Source: Candidatus Susulua stagnicola (lineage in GTDB: Bacteria; Omnitrophota; Gorgyraeia; Duberdicusellales; 4484-171). Taken from it: 51,519 bases of DNA. The notes under the pieces were generated by a model that saw only the letters and a program-made list of their open reading frames with translations, had not been told where the DNA came from and did not search any database. The DNA is taken from positions 1 to 51,519 of the forward strand of contig JAVCBZ010000085.1 of the NCBI GenBank assembly GCA_030765735.1, read 5' to 3'. Below are positions 9,756-17,556 of the stretch, piece after piece. The position numbers and the translations under genes were made by a program. The stretch's first letter is position 1. Each line of letters starts with the position of its first letter.

Positions 9756-9791
9756 TAAGCCCAGATTACAAATGCGTAGTCTGGGCTTTTT
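9756..9791 (+). terminator. Intrinsic terminator after the tRNA fragment (probably the ancestral tRNA terminator)
   Basis: AAGCCCAGA / TCTGGGCTT 9-bp stem, extendable by TAC/GTA, followed by a T-run. Confidence 0.75.
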
Positions 9792-9799
9792 TATTAAAT

Positions 9800-9828
9800 T
9801 TTGCTTCAAAGTCGTTAAAATGGTACAA
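9800..9828 (+). promoter_or_regulatory. Candidate promoter with extended -10
   Basis: TTGCTT, 17-nt spacer, TGgTACAAT. Lies 57 nt upstream of the ATG at 9885. Confidence 0.45.
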
Positions 9829-9884
9829 TAATATTAAGTGAAATTTAATATTAATTAGCATAAAGGAAGTAATAAAGGAAAAAC

Positions 9885-10331
9885 ATGAAAGATAATATTA
9901 TTGATATGGTAGTTGCTTTGCGAAATGGTTTTAATGATTGGTGGAGTACATTTAGTAATTCATTAATCGGGCACTTAAATTTTGAAAGTATTGTTATCGC
10001 TATTTATGCTATGTATGTTTTAGCCTCACTTGGAGATATTATTGATAAAACAAAAGAGGGCAAAGAAGAAGGTAACCATCTTAAAGGATTGTTTGCTGTA
10101 CTCAAAACTGTTGGCTACCTTTTAGTAATTTACTGTTTTGGCTTGGGTGTTGTTTTTGTTTTTCCGGCAAGTGATTTTGTTCTTTCTTTGAAAAAAATGC
10201 TTAATCAGTATTATGCTTATCCTTTATTAGGTATAGGTATATTATTAATTTGTGGGTTTATAGCTTATATCTGTGGAATAATTTTTGCTTATATTCATAT
10301 AATGGCTAAAAAAATTTTTAGAAAGAGATAA
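9885..10331 (+). CDS. Hypothetical polytopic membrane protein (148 aa)
   Basis: Three long hydrophobic segments and a basic C-terminus KKIFRKR. AAGGAA RBS-like sequence upstream. No family recognised. Confidence 0.6.
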   Translation: MKDNIIDMVVALRNGFNDWWSTFSNSLIGHLNFESIVIAIYAMYVLASLGDIIDKTKEGKEEGNHLKGLFAVLKTVGYLLVIYCFGLGVVFVFPASDFVLSLKKMLNQYYAYPLLGIGILLICGFIAYICGIIFAYIHIMAKKIFRKR

Positions 10332-10563
10332 AGTAAAGTTTTCATTGGTAAGGTATCCTGCCTATATCTGTAATTAGAAAATAAGAAAAGAAGATTAATT
10401 ATTTTCAATCAATTCGTTTTGTCTCTAACTAAAATAATGATATAATAAATAAAAATAGGAAATAAATATTATCAGTTAAAAAATTCTAATAGCTGATGAT
10501 GATGAGTTTTTAGATAGAGTTAAAGAATTGTTAACTTAAGTGAATAATAAATTTGGATATAAG

Positions 10564-10980
10564 ATGAAAAATAAAAACTGTATAAAATGTGGTCAGTATA
10601 AGAATTGTAAAGACACAAGTAGTTCATGGGTTTTTGTTATTATTGGAATGATCGCAACTATAGCAGTACGAGTAGTAACCATACTAATGAATGTTAATCC
10701 TTTCTATGGAAAGATTGCTTGGTATATCGGAGTTATTGGTTTTTTTATCTTTTTTATATATAAATTTAAAGTAAGCCAATCAAGGGCTCAGCTTATTGTT
10801 GAAAAAAATCTTATTGTAAAAATCAATAACAATCAGCAATTGGCTAAAGATGATTATGTCAATGTAGGAGAGTTATTGTGTAGTTTAGTTTCGAGAAAAG
10901 AAAGATTAAATTATTTTTTTATATTTGCATTATCAGCTTTAGCCTTAATTTTTGCTATATATATGGATTTTATAAAATAG
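10564..10980 (+). CDS. Hypothetical membrane protein with N-terminal Cys knuckle (138 aa from ATG 10564; alternative GTG 10540)
   Basis: MKNKNCIKCGQYKNCKD (CxxC-x5-C) followed by three hydrophobic segments. No family recognised. Confidence 0.55.
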   Translation: MKNKNCIKCGQYKNCKDTSSSWVFVIIGMIATIAVRVVTILMNVNPFYGKIAWYIGVIGFFIFFIYKFKVSQSRAQLIVEKNLIVKINNNQQLAKDDYVNVGELLCSLVSRKERLNYFFIFALSALALIFAIYMDFIK

Positions 10981-10993
10981 AAGGAGGAATGAT

Positions 10994-11113
10994 ATGAAGA
11001 AGTTAGTAATAGGCGTTGCATTGTTAATGGTATTATGTGTCCAAGGTTGTGCGTTAATTGGTACAGCTGTATCAGCTGCTGCAGCTTATGGCATAGCCAA
11101 GGCTTTTGATTAA
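10994..11113 (+). CDS. Small lipoprotein, 39 aa (not in the ORF track)
   Basis: AGGAGG at 10982-10987, 6 nt before the ATG. MKKLVIGVALLMVLCVQGC has a signal peptide plus lipobox. Mature peptide is ALIGTAVSAAAAYGIAKAFD. Architecture is entericidin-like. Confidence 0.55.
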   Translation: MKKLVIGVALLMVLCVQGCALIGTAVSAAAAYGIAKAFD

Positions 11114-11425
11114 GATTATTAAAGTGTTTCTAAGACCAATAAAATTTGCAAAAGCAAGAGGTAATTTATGCGTTTTGAAGGATTAAACCAAAGGGTCAAA
11201 AGTCATAAGTTCTTTAATTTCAATAATTTGTAGAATATAAAAAAAAATAGGAGCTTTTTTACCCCTATTTTTTCTAGAAAGAAGGATTTTTGTTTATCTA
11301 AACCGCTTCCGTGGCTGGTGAAACTTTCGACATCTAAGTTATACAATATAAACAGGGTGATTACAATGTTTTGAGAGCGGTATTTTGAAAGCGTTTTTAA
11401 TTTTAGCCTATTCAATTTTTAAGAC

Positions 11426-11454
11426 TTGACTTGGTTTTTTGATGCGGTATTATT
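11426..11454 (+). promoter_or_regulatory. Candidate promoter upstream of the OmpA-family gene (a second TTGACT lies at 11528-11533)
   Basis: TTGACT, 16-17 nt spacer, TATTAT/ATTATT. The second TTGACT is followed by TGtGATAAC. Confidence 0.35.
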
Positions 11455-11583
11455 TACTGTAGGATATAGGAGATAATTATCGGGTTGTTGTAGTTGTGGA
11501 GCTAGACTTAAGGAATAATCAAATTTCTTGACTTGTAAAGTTGATTGTGATAACCTAAATTCGTTAATTTAAAGGAGGCAATA

Positions 11584-12225
11584 ATGCGCAAAACAAGTCT
11601 TATTTTATTAGTTATTTCTCTTTTAGTTTTGAATGGATGCATGGTGGTTTTCCAAAAAGGTAGACGTTCAGATCTTGAGAAAATAGAAGTTTTAAAAAGT
11701 GAATTAGACAAATTAAAAAATGCAGGAGAACTCTTAGAGAGTCGTCTCGTTGAAGAGATAGAGGATAAAAAGGTAAGCTTGACTATGGCTGAGAAAGGTT
11801 TAGTCATTACTTTTGTCGCAGAAGTTCTTTTTGATTCTGGAAAGGAAAAGTTAAGAGGTCAAAGCCTTTCGATTTTAGATAAAGTAATCAGAATCTTAAA
11901 AGAAGAGGTTCCTGGTAACAAAATCGGGATTGAAGGACATACTGATAATGAGCCGATAAAACATTCTCGTTGGAAATCAAATTGGGAGCTTTCTTCTCAA
12001 CGGGCTTTAAGTGTGTTGCATTATTTAGAGAAGAAGAATATTTCTCCTAAAAGATTATCGGCAATTGGTTATGGAGAATATCAGCCGATTGCTTCCAATG
12101 ATCTAGTTGAAGGAAAGCAGCTTAATAGGCGAGTAGAAATTGTCATTTTACCTAAAGTGATGAAAAAGGGGATTGAAGAAATAATTGAGGAACCTTTAGA
12201 AACAAATGAGGAGGAGTTGAAATGA
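11584..12225 (+). CDS. OmpA/MotB-family peptidoglycan-binding lipoprotein
   Basis: Lipobox LNGC. C-terminal OmpA-like domain (GHTDNEP...NWELSSQRA...NRRVEIVI). AGGAGG RBS. Confidence 0.85.
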   Translation: MRKTSLILLVISLLVLNGCMVVFQKGRRSDLEKIEVLKSELDKLKNAGELLESRLVEEIEDKKVSLTMAEKGLVITFVAEVLFDSGKEKLRGQSLSILDKVIRILKEEVPGNKIGIEGHTDNEPIKHSRWKSNWELSSQRALSVLHYLEKKNISPKRLSAIGYGEYQPIASNDLVEGKQLNRRVEIVILPKVMKKGIEEIIEEPLETNEEELK

Positions 12226-12536
12226 AAGACAACCCGTTGATAATAAGCCTTTTAATTGGTTTAATTGTGATTTTGGTTATTGCTGGCGTATCTCTTTTGG
12301 TTAATATTAATGCTTTATCTGGAGTTTATAAACAAGAATTAGCTAAAAATATAAGTCTTGAGAAAAATGCTGAAGATTTAAAAGCTAAAAATAGTAGCTT
12401 AACTGGCGATATTGGAAAATTGAATCTTACGATAGAAGACCTTAAAGAAGAGAATATGAAAATAGAGAAGCTAAAAGAAAAGCTAGAAGAGAACTTAAAA
12501 GAAGAGTTAATGAAGCAAAAAGTCACAGTAGAATAA
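12222..12536 (+). CDS. Bitopic coiled-coil membrane protein (104 aa)
   Basis: ATGA overlap with the upstream stop. One TM helix followed by a Lys/Glu/Leu-rich heptad-like region. Confidence 0.6.
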   Translation: MKDNPLIISLLIGLIVILVIAGVSLLVNINALSGVYKQELAKNISLEKNAEDLKAKNSSLTGDIGKLNLTIEDLKEENMKIEKLKEKLEENLKEELMKQKVTVE

Positions 12537-12564
12537 CCCGTAAACTAGTTAATATATTCTTATA

Positions 12565-12592
12565 AAAGGGGGCAGTAGCCCTCTTTTATTTT
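12565..12592 (+). terminator. Intrinsic terminator
   Basis: AAAGGGGGC / GCCCTCTTT stem (one G-U) with AGTA loop, followed by TATTTT. Confidence 0.55.
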
Positions 12593-12594
12593 AG

Positions 12595-13308
12595 ATGAAA
12601 ATGGAAATACCTTATCATATAGCAGTAATTATGGATGGGAATGGAAGATGGGCTAAGAAGAGGATGTTACCTCGTATGGTTGGACATCGTCAGGGTGCAA
12701 AAAGAGTTAAAGAGATACTTAAGGAAGCAAAGAATATTGGAGTAGGGGTATTAACTATTTTTGCTTTTTCTACTGAAAATTGGAATAGACCAAAAAAAGA
12801 AATAGAATTTATTTTTTCTTATTTAGTTAAATTTTTACAAAGTAATCAAAAAGAATTTGTAAAAAATGACATAAAGTTTAAGGCAATTGGGAGAAGAGAT
12901 AGATTTAAAAAGGAAGTTATTGAAGAAATAAAAAAAACTGAAGAACTAACTAAAAACAATAAAAGCTTTATTTTTAATGTTGCTTTAGATTACGGTGGAA
13001 AATGGGATATTGTTAATGCAACAAAAAAAATAGCTAAGAAATGTATAGCTAAAAGCATAACCTATAACGATATAGATGAAGAGTTATTCAACAAGTATAT
13101 TTCTTTAAGTGATGTCCGGCCACCGGATTTGCTTATTAGAACTTCTGGAGAAAAAAGAATTAGTAACTTTTTAATTTGGGATTTAGCTTATAGTGAATTT
13201 TATTTTACTTCAGTTTTATGGCCAGAGTTTGACAAAGAAAATTTGCATAAGGCTATAAAAGCTTATTCTCAAAGAAACAGAAGGTTTGGTGCAATAGATA
13301 AAAATTAG
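12595..13308 (+). CDS. uppS: Undecaprenyl-diphosphate synthase (isoprenyl transferase)
   Basis: IMDGNGRWA motif and RTSGEKRISNFLIWD motif. Confidence 0.92.
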   Translation: MKMEIPYHIAVIMDGNGRWAKKRMLPRMVGHRQGAKRVKEILKEAKNIGVGVLTIFAFSTENWNRPKKEIEFIFSYLVKFLQSNQKEFVKNDIKFKAIGRRDRFKKEVIEEIKKTEELTKNNKSFIFNVALDYGGKWDIVNATKKIAKKCIAKSITYNDIDEELFNKYISLSDVRPPDLLIRTSGEKRISNFLIWDLAYSEFYFTSVLWPEFDKENLHKAIKAYSQRNRRFGAIDKN

Positions 13309-13350
13309 GGTTTTAAAAAGTTTGTAGTTTTAGAATAAATAAGAGGATTT

Positions 13351-14142
13351 ATGAAAAAGCGTTTGGTTCCATTCAGCATTCTAAGTGTTTTAGCGGTTTA
13401 TTGTGTTATTTATTATCCGCTTTGTGGATTGGTTTCTTGTCTGCTAATTTTAGCTGCACTTTATGAATTTTTTTATATGGTTGAGAAAAAAGGAGTAAAG
13501 CTATTCAAACCTTTAGGACTTTTGATTGGAGTGCTTATTCCAATAACTATATATTTTAGTTTTTCTATTCAAGAAGGTTGGCAGTTTTTATTTGTAGTTA
13601 TTGGTGTTTTTGTTCTTTTTCTTTCAGAATTAACTAAAAAAGATGCTCATCAGTCAGTACTATCTATTTCAGCTACGGTTTTTGGAGTAATATATATATC
13701 TTGGTGTTTTTCCTTTCTTATTCGGATAAGACAGCTTCCTGAAGGAGCTATGCTTGCAGGATTTTTAATTTTAGTAACTAAATCTTCAGATACTGGGGCT
13801 TATCTTTGGGGTAAGAAATTTGGTAAAACTCGTTTAATTAAGAGAATAAGTCCTAAGAAGTCTTTAGAAGGCGCTATTGGTGGGTTTTTTACTAGTTTAG
13901 CAGTTGGAGTTATTTTTTCTTTATTTATCGGAAGCATTAATTTTTGGGGAAAATTCTTTATTATTATAATTTTAGCTATTATTGCACAATTAGGTGATCT
14001 TTTCGAGTCGCTTATTAAGAGAGATTGTCAGGTTAAAGACTCTGGAAAACTTCTCCCAGGTATGGGGGGGATCCTTGATGTTATTGATAGTTTAATTTTT
14101 ACAGCGCCTACGTTTTATCTCTACCTCACAATGATGAGGTAA
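13351..14142 (+). CDS. cdsA: Phosphatidate cytidylyltransferase
   Basis: Polytopic membrane protein with a C-terminal CDS signature region (SLIKRDCQVKDSGKLLPGMGGILDVID). Conserved uppS-cdsA order. Confidence 0.85.
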   Translation: MKKRLVPFSILSVLAVYCVIYYPLCGLVSCLLILAALYEFFYMVEKKGVKLFKPLGLLIGVLIPITIYFSFSIQEGWQFLFVVIGVFVLFLSELTKKDAHQSVLSISATVFGVIYISWCFSFLIRIRQLPEGAMLAGFLILVTKSSDTGAYLWGKKFGKTRLIKRISPKKSLEGAIGGFFTSLAVGVIFSLFIGSINFWGKFFIIIILAIIAQLGDLFESLIKRDCQVKDSGKLLPGMGGILDVIDSLIFTAPTFYLYLTMMR

Positions 14143-14152
14143 CTTATTAAGC

Positions 14153-15340
14153 ATGAAAAATAAAGTACTTATTTTTGGTTCAACTGGTTCTATTGGCAAA
14201 AATGTCTTAAGTGTGATTAGAGCAAGCAAGAACAAATTTAAGGTTATTGGTCTTTGTGCTAATAAAGATAGTGATACTCTTTATCGCCAAATTAAGGAAT
14301 TTAAGCCATTATTTGTTTGCCTAAGAGATGAAGATAAGGCTAAAAGTTTTAAAAAGAAGTTAGATAAGAGTATTAAGTTCTTTTTTGGCCAAAAAGGTTT
14401 AGAAGAGTTTTCTTCTATTAAAGCAGATATTGCGGTAATGGCTATTACTGGGATATCAGCCTTAAAACCACTTTTAATAGCTATTGCTAATAGCAAACGT
14501 ATAGCCTTAGCTAATAAAGAATCTATAGTTACTGCTGGATCAATAGTATTTAATAAAGCCAAGAGTTTTAATACTCAAATATTACCAGTAGATAGTGAAA
14601 TAAATGCTCTTTTTCAACTTATAAAACCTTCTCCAAGCTCTGATTTATCTCGAAGCCGGTTTAAGAGAAGAGGGCAAGATGATTTTCGTAAGGTTTACCT
14701 TACTGCTTCTGGAGGAGCTTTAGCTGGTTACAGCAAAAGCAGATTAGCTCAAGTTAGCGTGGACAAAGTTCTAGATCATCCTACTTGGAAGATGGGTAAA
14801 CGAGTAACTGTAGATAGCGCGACCTTAGTTAATAAAGGGTTTGAAGTTATAGAGACTCATTGTTTTTTTGGATTAGATTATTCTCAAATTGGCATTGTTC
14901 TCCACAAGGAGTCAGCAATTCATGCTTTCGTAGAGTGTAGAGACAATACTTTATTCGCTTGTCTTTATCCTCCGGATATGAAGATGCCAATTTCTTATGC
15001 TCTTTATTATCCAAAGCGTTTTAATTCTCAGAAAGAGGTGAATTTTAAGAGTAGTTTTTCTTGTAATTTTAAGCCTCTCGACTATAAAGATTATCCTTTA
15101 TTGAAGATAATCTTACAGGCTGGAGAAAGAGGAGATAATGCTTTAGTTGTTTTGAATGCTGTTGATGAGATAGCTATAGATTATTTTTTAAAAAGAAAAA
15201 TAAAGTTTATTGATATACATAAGGTGATGACTTATTTTTTTAGAAAGTATGAATCTAGTAAGATAAAAAAGATAGAAGATGTTTTTTTCTGGGATGATTG
15301 GGCAAGAAATAAAACAAAGGAGTATTTAAATAAATTATGA
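14153..15340 (+). CDS. dxr: 1-deoxy-D-xylulose 5-phosphate reductoisomerase
   Basis: GSTGSIG NADPH fold, LANKES, PVDSE and LTASGG motifs. Confidence 0.9.
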   Translation: MKNKVLIFGSTGSIGKNVLSVIRASKNKFKVIGLCANKDSDTLYRQIKEFKPLFVCLRDEDKAKSFKKKLDKSIKFFFGQKGLEEFSSIKADIAVMAITGISALKPLLIAIANSKRIALANKESIVTAGSIVFNKAKSFNTQILPVDSEINALFQLIKPSPSSDLSRSRFKRRGQDDFRKVYLTASGGALAGYSKSRLAQVSVDKVLDHPTWKMGKRVTVDSATLVNKGFEVIETHCFFGLDYSQIGIVLHKESAIHAFVECRDNTLFACLYPPDMKMPISYALYYPKRFNSQKEVNFKSSFSCNFKPLDYKDYPLLKIILQAGERGDNALVVLNAVDEIAIDYFLKRKIKFIDIHKVMTYFFRKYESSKIKKIEDVFFWDDWARNKTKEYLNKL

Positions 15341-16470
15341 ATATCATTGGAATGATTACAGTCGGAAGTATTTTTAGCATTTTAATTGTAGTCCATGAGT
15401 TTGGCCATTATATTGCTGCCAAGCGTTCAGGAGTAAGAGTGGAAAGATTTGCTTTAGGTTTTGGTCCAGTTTTATTTAAACGTCAGGGCAAAGAAACAGA
15501 ATTTGTAATTTGTGCTTTTCCTCTTGGTGGGTATGTAAAAATGGCCGGTGATACTCGCCAGGAACAAAAAGGATCTAGTGATGAGTTTTTGTCAAAGTCT
15601 ACAGGAATAAAGTCAAAGATTGTTTTTGCTGGACCTTTGTTTAATTACTTATTAGCTTTAGTTATATTTTGTATTATCGCTTTGGTTGGTTTTCCTTATC
15701 CTGATTCTGTAGTTGGTAGCGTTTTAGATGATTATCCAGCTAAGGCTGCTGGAGTGCAAGAGGGTGATAGGATTTTGGCTGTAAATGGTAATCAAGTTGA
15801 ACATTGGATGGATATGGCTGATGAAATCTATCAAGCTAAAGATAAGGTTGACCTTCGTATCCAGCGAAAGGGAGAGATTATATCATTGACTATCCCTTTG
15901 CAGCAAAAAGAGATAACTGATGATTTTGGCAAGAGAAAAAATGTCTCAATAATAGGGATAGGTACTTCTTCTGCAATAAAAACTGTTAAATACAAATTTC
16001 CTCAAGCAATAATTAAAGGATTCGAGTCTTTATTCAAACTTACTCTTTTAGTGATTAAGGGTTTTACTTTTATGATCTTGGGGATAATTCCTTTTAAAGA
16101 GGCTATGGCTGGGCCAGTAGGAATTTATTTTATTACTTCTCAGGTAATGAAAATTGGAATTGTTGCTACATTACATCTTGTGGCAGCTTTAAGTGTAAGT
16201 TTAGCGATTATAAATTTATTTCCAATACCAGTATTAGATGGTGGACATCTTTTATTCTTTTTTATGGAAAAAGTAAGAGGCAAACCAATTAGTGAGAAGG
16301 TTGAAGATAACTTAACTCGTGTAGGTCTAAGCCTTCTTATTCTTTTGATTGTTTTCGTCTTTTATAATGATATTGTTCGTTTTGGACCTAAAATTTGGAA
16401 TAAGAAAAACGCTATACAGGTAGAAGAGAGTAATCTTGTTGATGAAGTTGATAAACCTACTAGTGAGTAA
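15337..16470 (+). CDS. rseP: RIP site-2 metalloprotease RseP
   Basis: HEFGHY zinc motif, PDZ segment, NLFPIPVLDGGH motif. ATGA overlap with dxr. Confidence 0.9.
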   Translation: MNIIGMITVGSIFSILIVVHEFGHYIAAKRSGVRVERFALGFGPVLFKRQGKETEFVICAFPLGGYVKMAGDTRQEQKGSSDEFLSKSTGIKSKIVFAGPLFNYLLALVIFCIIALVGFPYPDSVVGSVLDDYPAKAAGVQEGDRILAVNGNQVEHWMDMADEIYQAKDKVDLRIQRKGEIISLTIPLQQKEITDDFGKRKNVSIIGIGTSSAIKTVKYKFPQAIIKGFESLFKLTLLVIKGFTFMILGIIPFKEAMAGPVGIYFITSQVMKIGIVATLHLVAALSVSLAIINLFPIPVLDGGHLLFFFMEKVRGKPISEKVEDNLTRVGLSLLILLIVFVFYNDIVRFGPKIWNKKNAIQVEESNLVDEVDKPTSE

Positions 16471-16512
16471 GAATTTTGTTATTGGTTTTTAAAAATTAGA
16501 GAATTTTTTATT

Positions 16513-17556
16513 ATGAGCAGAAAAGTAAAAATAGGTAATTTAGGTATTGGAGGAAAGAATCCAGTACGAATAAAAGGGATGCTCAAGACGCCAACTAAGG
16601 ATGTTAAAGGTCTTATCAAAGAAGCCAAGACTTTAGAAAAAGAAGGCGTAGAAGCTATAAGGGTAGCAGTTCGCGATGAAAAAGATGCTTCAGTAGCTAA
16701 GCTTCTCAAAAAACATATTAAGGTACCTTTAGTGGCTGATATTCATTTTCATCCCAAGCTAGCTCTTATGTCAATTGATCAGGGTTTTGAAAGTATTCGC
16801 TTAAACCCTATGAATATGAGAAAGTCCAAAGATGTTAAAGAAATTGCTAAAGCTGCTAAGAAAGCTGGTATATCGATTAGAGTTGGAATTAATTCTGGGG
16901 GATTTAAGCGTAAGTTTTCATCACCTAAGGCCTTTGGTCAACAAATGGTTAAGGAAGCTGAAGTTTATCTTAAGCTCTTGGAAGCAGAAAACTTTTTTGA
17001 TATAATGGTTTCTCTAAAAGGTTCTGATGTTTTATCTACTAGCGCAGCTAATGAGCTATTCTCCAAGAAGCACGATTACCCCCTACATTTAGGAATTACA
17101 GCTACTGGTCCTTTTATAGGGGGAATAACTAAATCATCATTAGGGTTAGGCAATCTTCTTTATCAAGGCATAGGAGATGTTATTAGGGTTTCCTTAACAG
17201 CTCCTTCTTTTTGGGAGATAAGGGTGGCTAAATACATTTTGCAGGCGCTTAATTTAAGAAAGTTTGGTCCTGAGATAGTTTCTTGTCCTACTTGTTCACG
17301 TTGTGGAGTTGATTTAGTAAGTATTGTAGAGAAGTTTGAGAAAGCTTTAAAGAAAGAGAAGATTAAGCAGTCAGTCCAAATTGCAATTATGGGTTGCGTA
17401 GTCAATGGTCCTGGAGAAGCTTACCAAGCGGATATTGGCGCTGCTTTTGGAGATAAGAAGGCTGTAATTTTTCAAAAAGATAAGATTATAGGGCAAAGTA
17501 GTGAAAAAAAAATAGTGGCTGATCTAATAAAAGAAGTGAGGAAAAGGTGGAAATAG
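16513..17556 (+). CDS. ispG: 4-hydroxy-3-methylbut-2-enyl diphosphate synthase
   Basis: GcpE-type TIM barrel plus C-terminal Fe-S domain (CPTCSRC...GCVVNGPGE). Confidence 0.9.
   Translation: MSRKVKIGNLGIGGKNPVRIKGMLKTPTKDVKGLIKEAKTLEKEGVEAIRVAVRDEKDASVAKLLKKHIKVPLVADIHFHPKLALMSIDQGFESIRLNPMNMRKSKDVKEIAKAAKKAGISIRVGINSGGFKRKFSSPKAFGQQMVKEAEVYLKLLEAENFFDIMVSLKGSDVLSTSAANELFSKKHDYPLHLGITATGPFIGGITKSSLGLGNLLYQGIGDVIRVSLTAPSFWEIRVAKYILQALNLRKFGPEIVSCPTCSRCGVDLVSIVEKFEKALKKEKIKQSVQIAIMGCVVNGPGEAYQADIGAAFGDKKAVIFQKDKIIGQSSEKKIVADLIKEVRKRWK

Noticed and set aside
11168-11233. 21-codon ORF (MRFEGLNQRVKSHKFFNFNNL) with a GAGG 6 nt upstream.
   Set aside because: It is too short and featureless to call. 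It could be a chance ORF in AT-rich DNA. It is kept only as a note within the non-coding-gap finding.
11203-11807. Minus-strand ORFs 11203-11415 (70 aa) and 11508-11807 (99 aa).
   Set aside because: Their products are low-complexity and Lys/Leu/Phe-rich, with no RBS. The second overlaps the well-supported OmpA-family gene start and its AGGAGG RBS on the opposite strand.
14606-14700. Apparent insertion (KPSPSSDLSRSRFKRRGQDDFRK) in Dxr between the DSE motif and LTASGG.
   Set aside because: E. coli Dxr has a linker of comparable length at the same place, so this is a divergent linker rather than an insertion.
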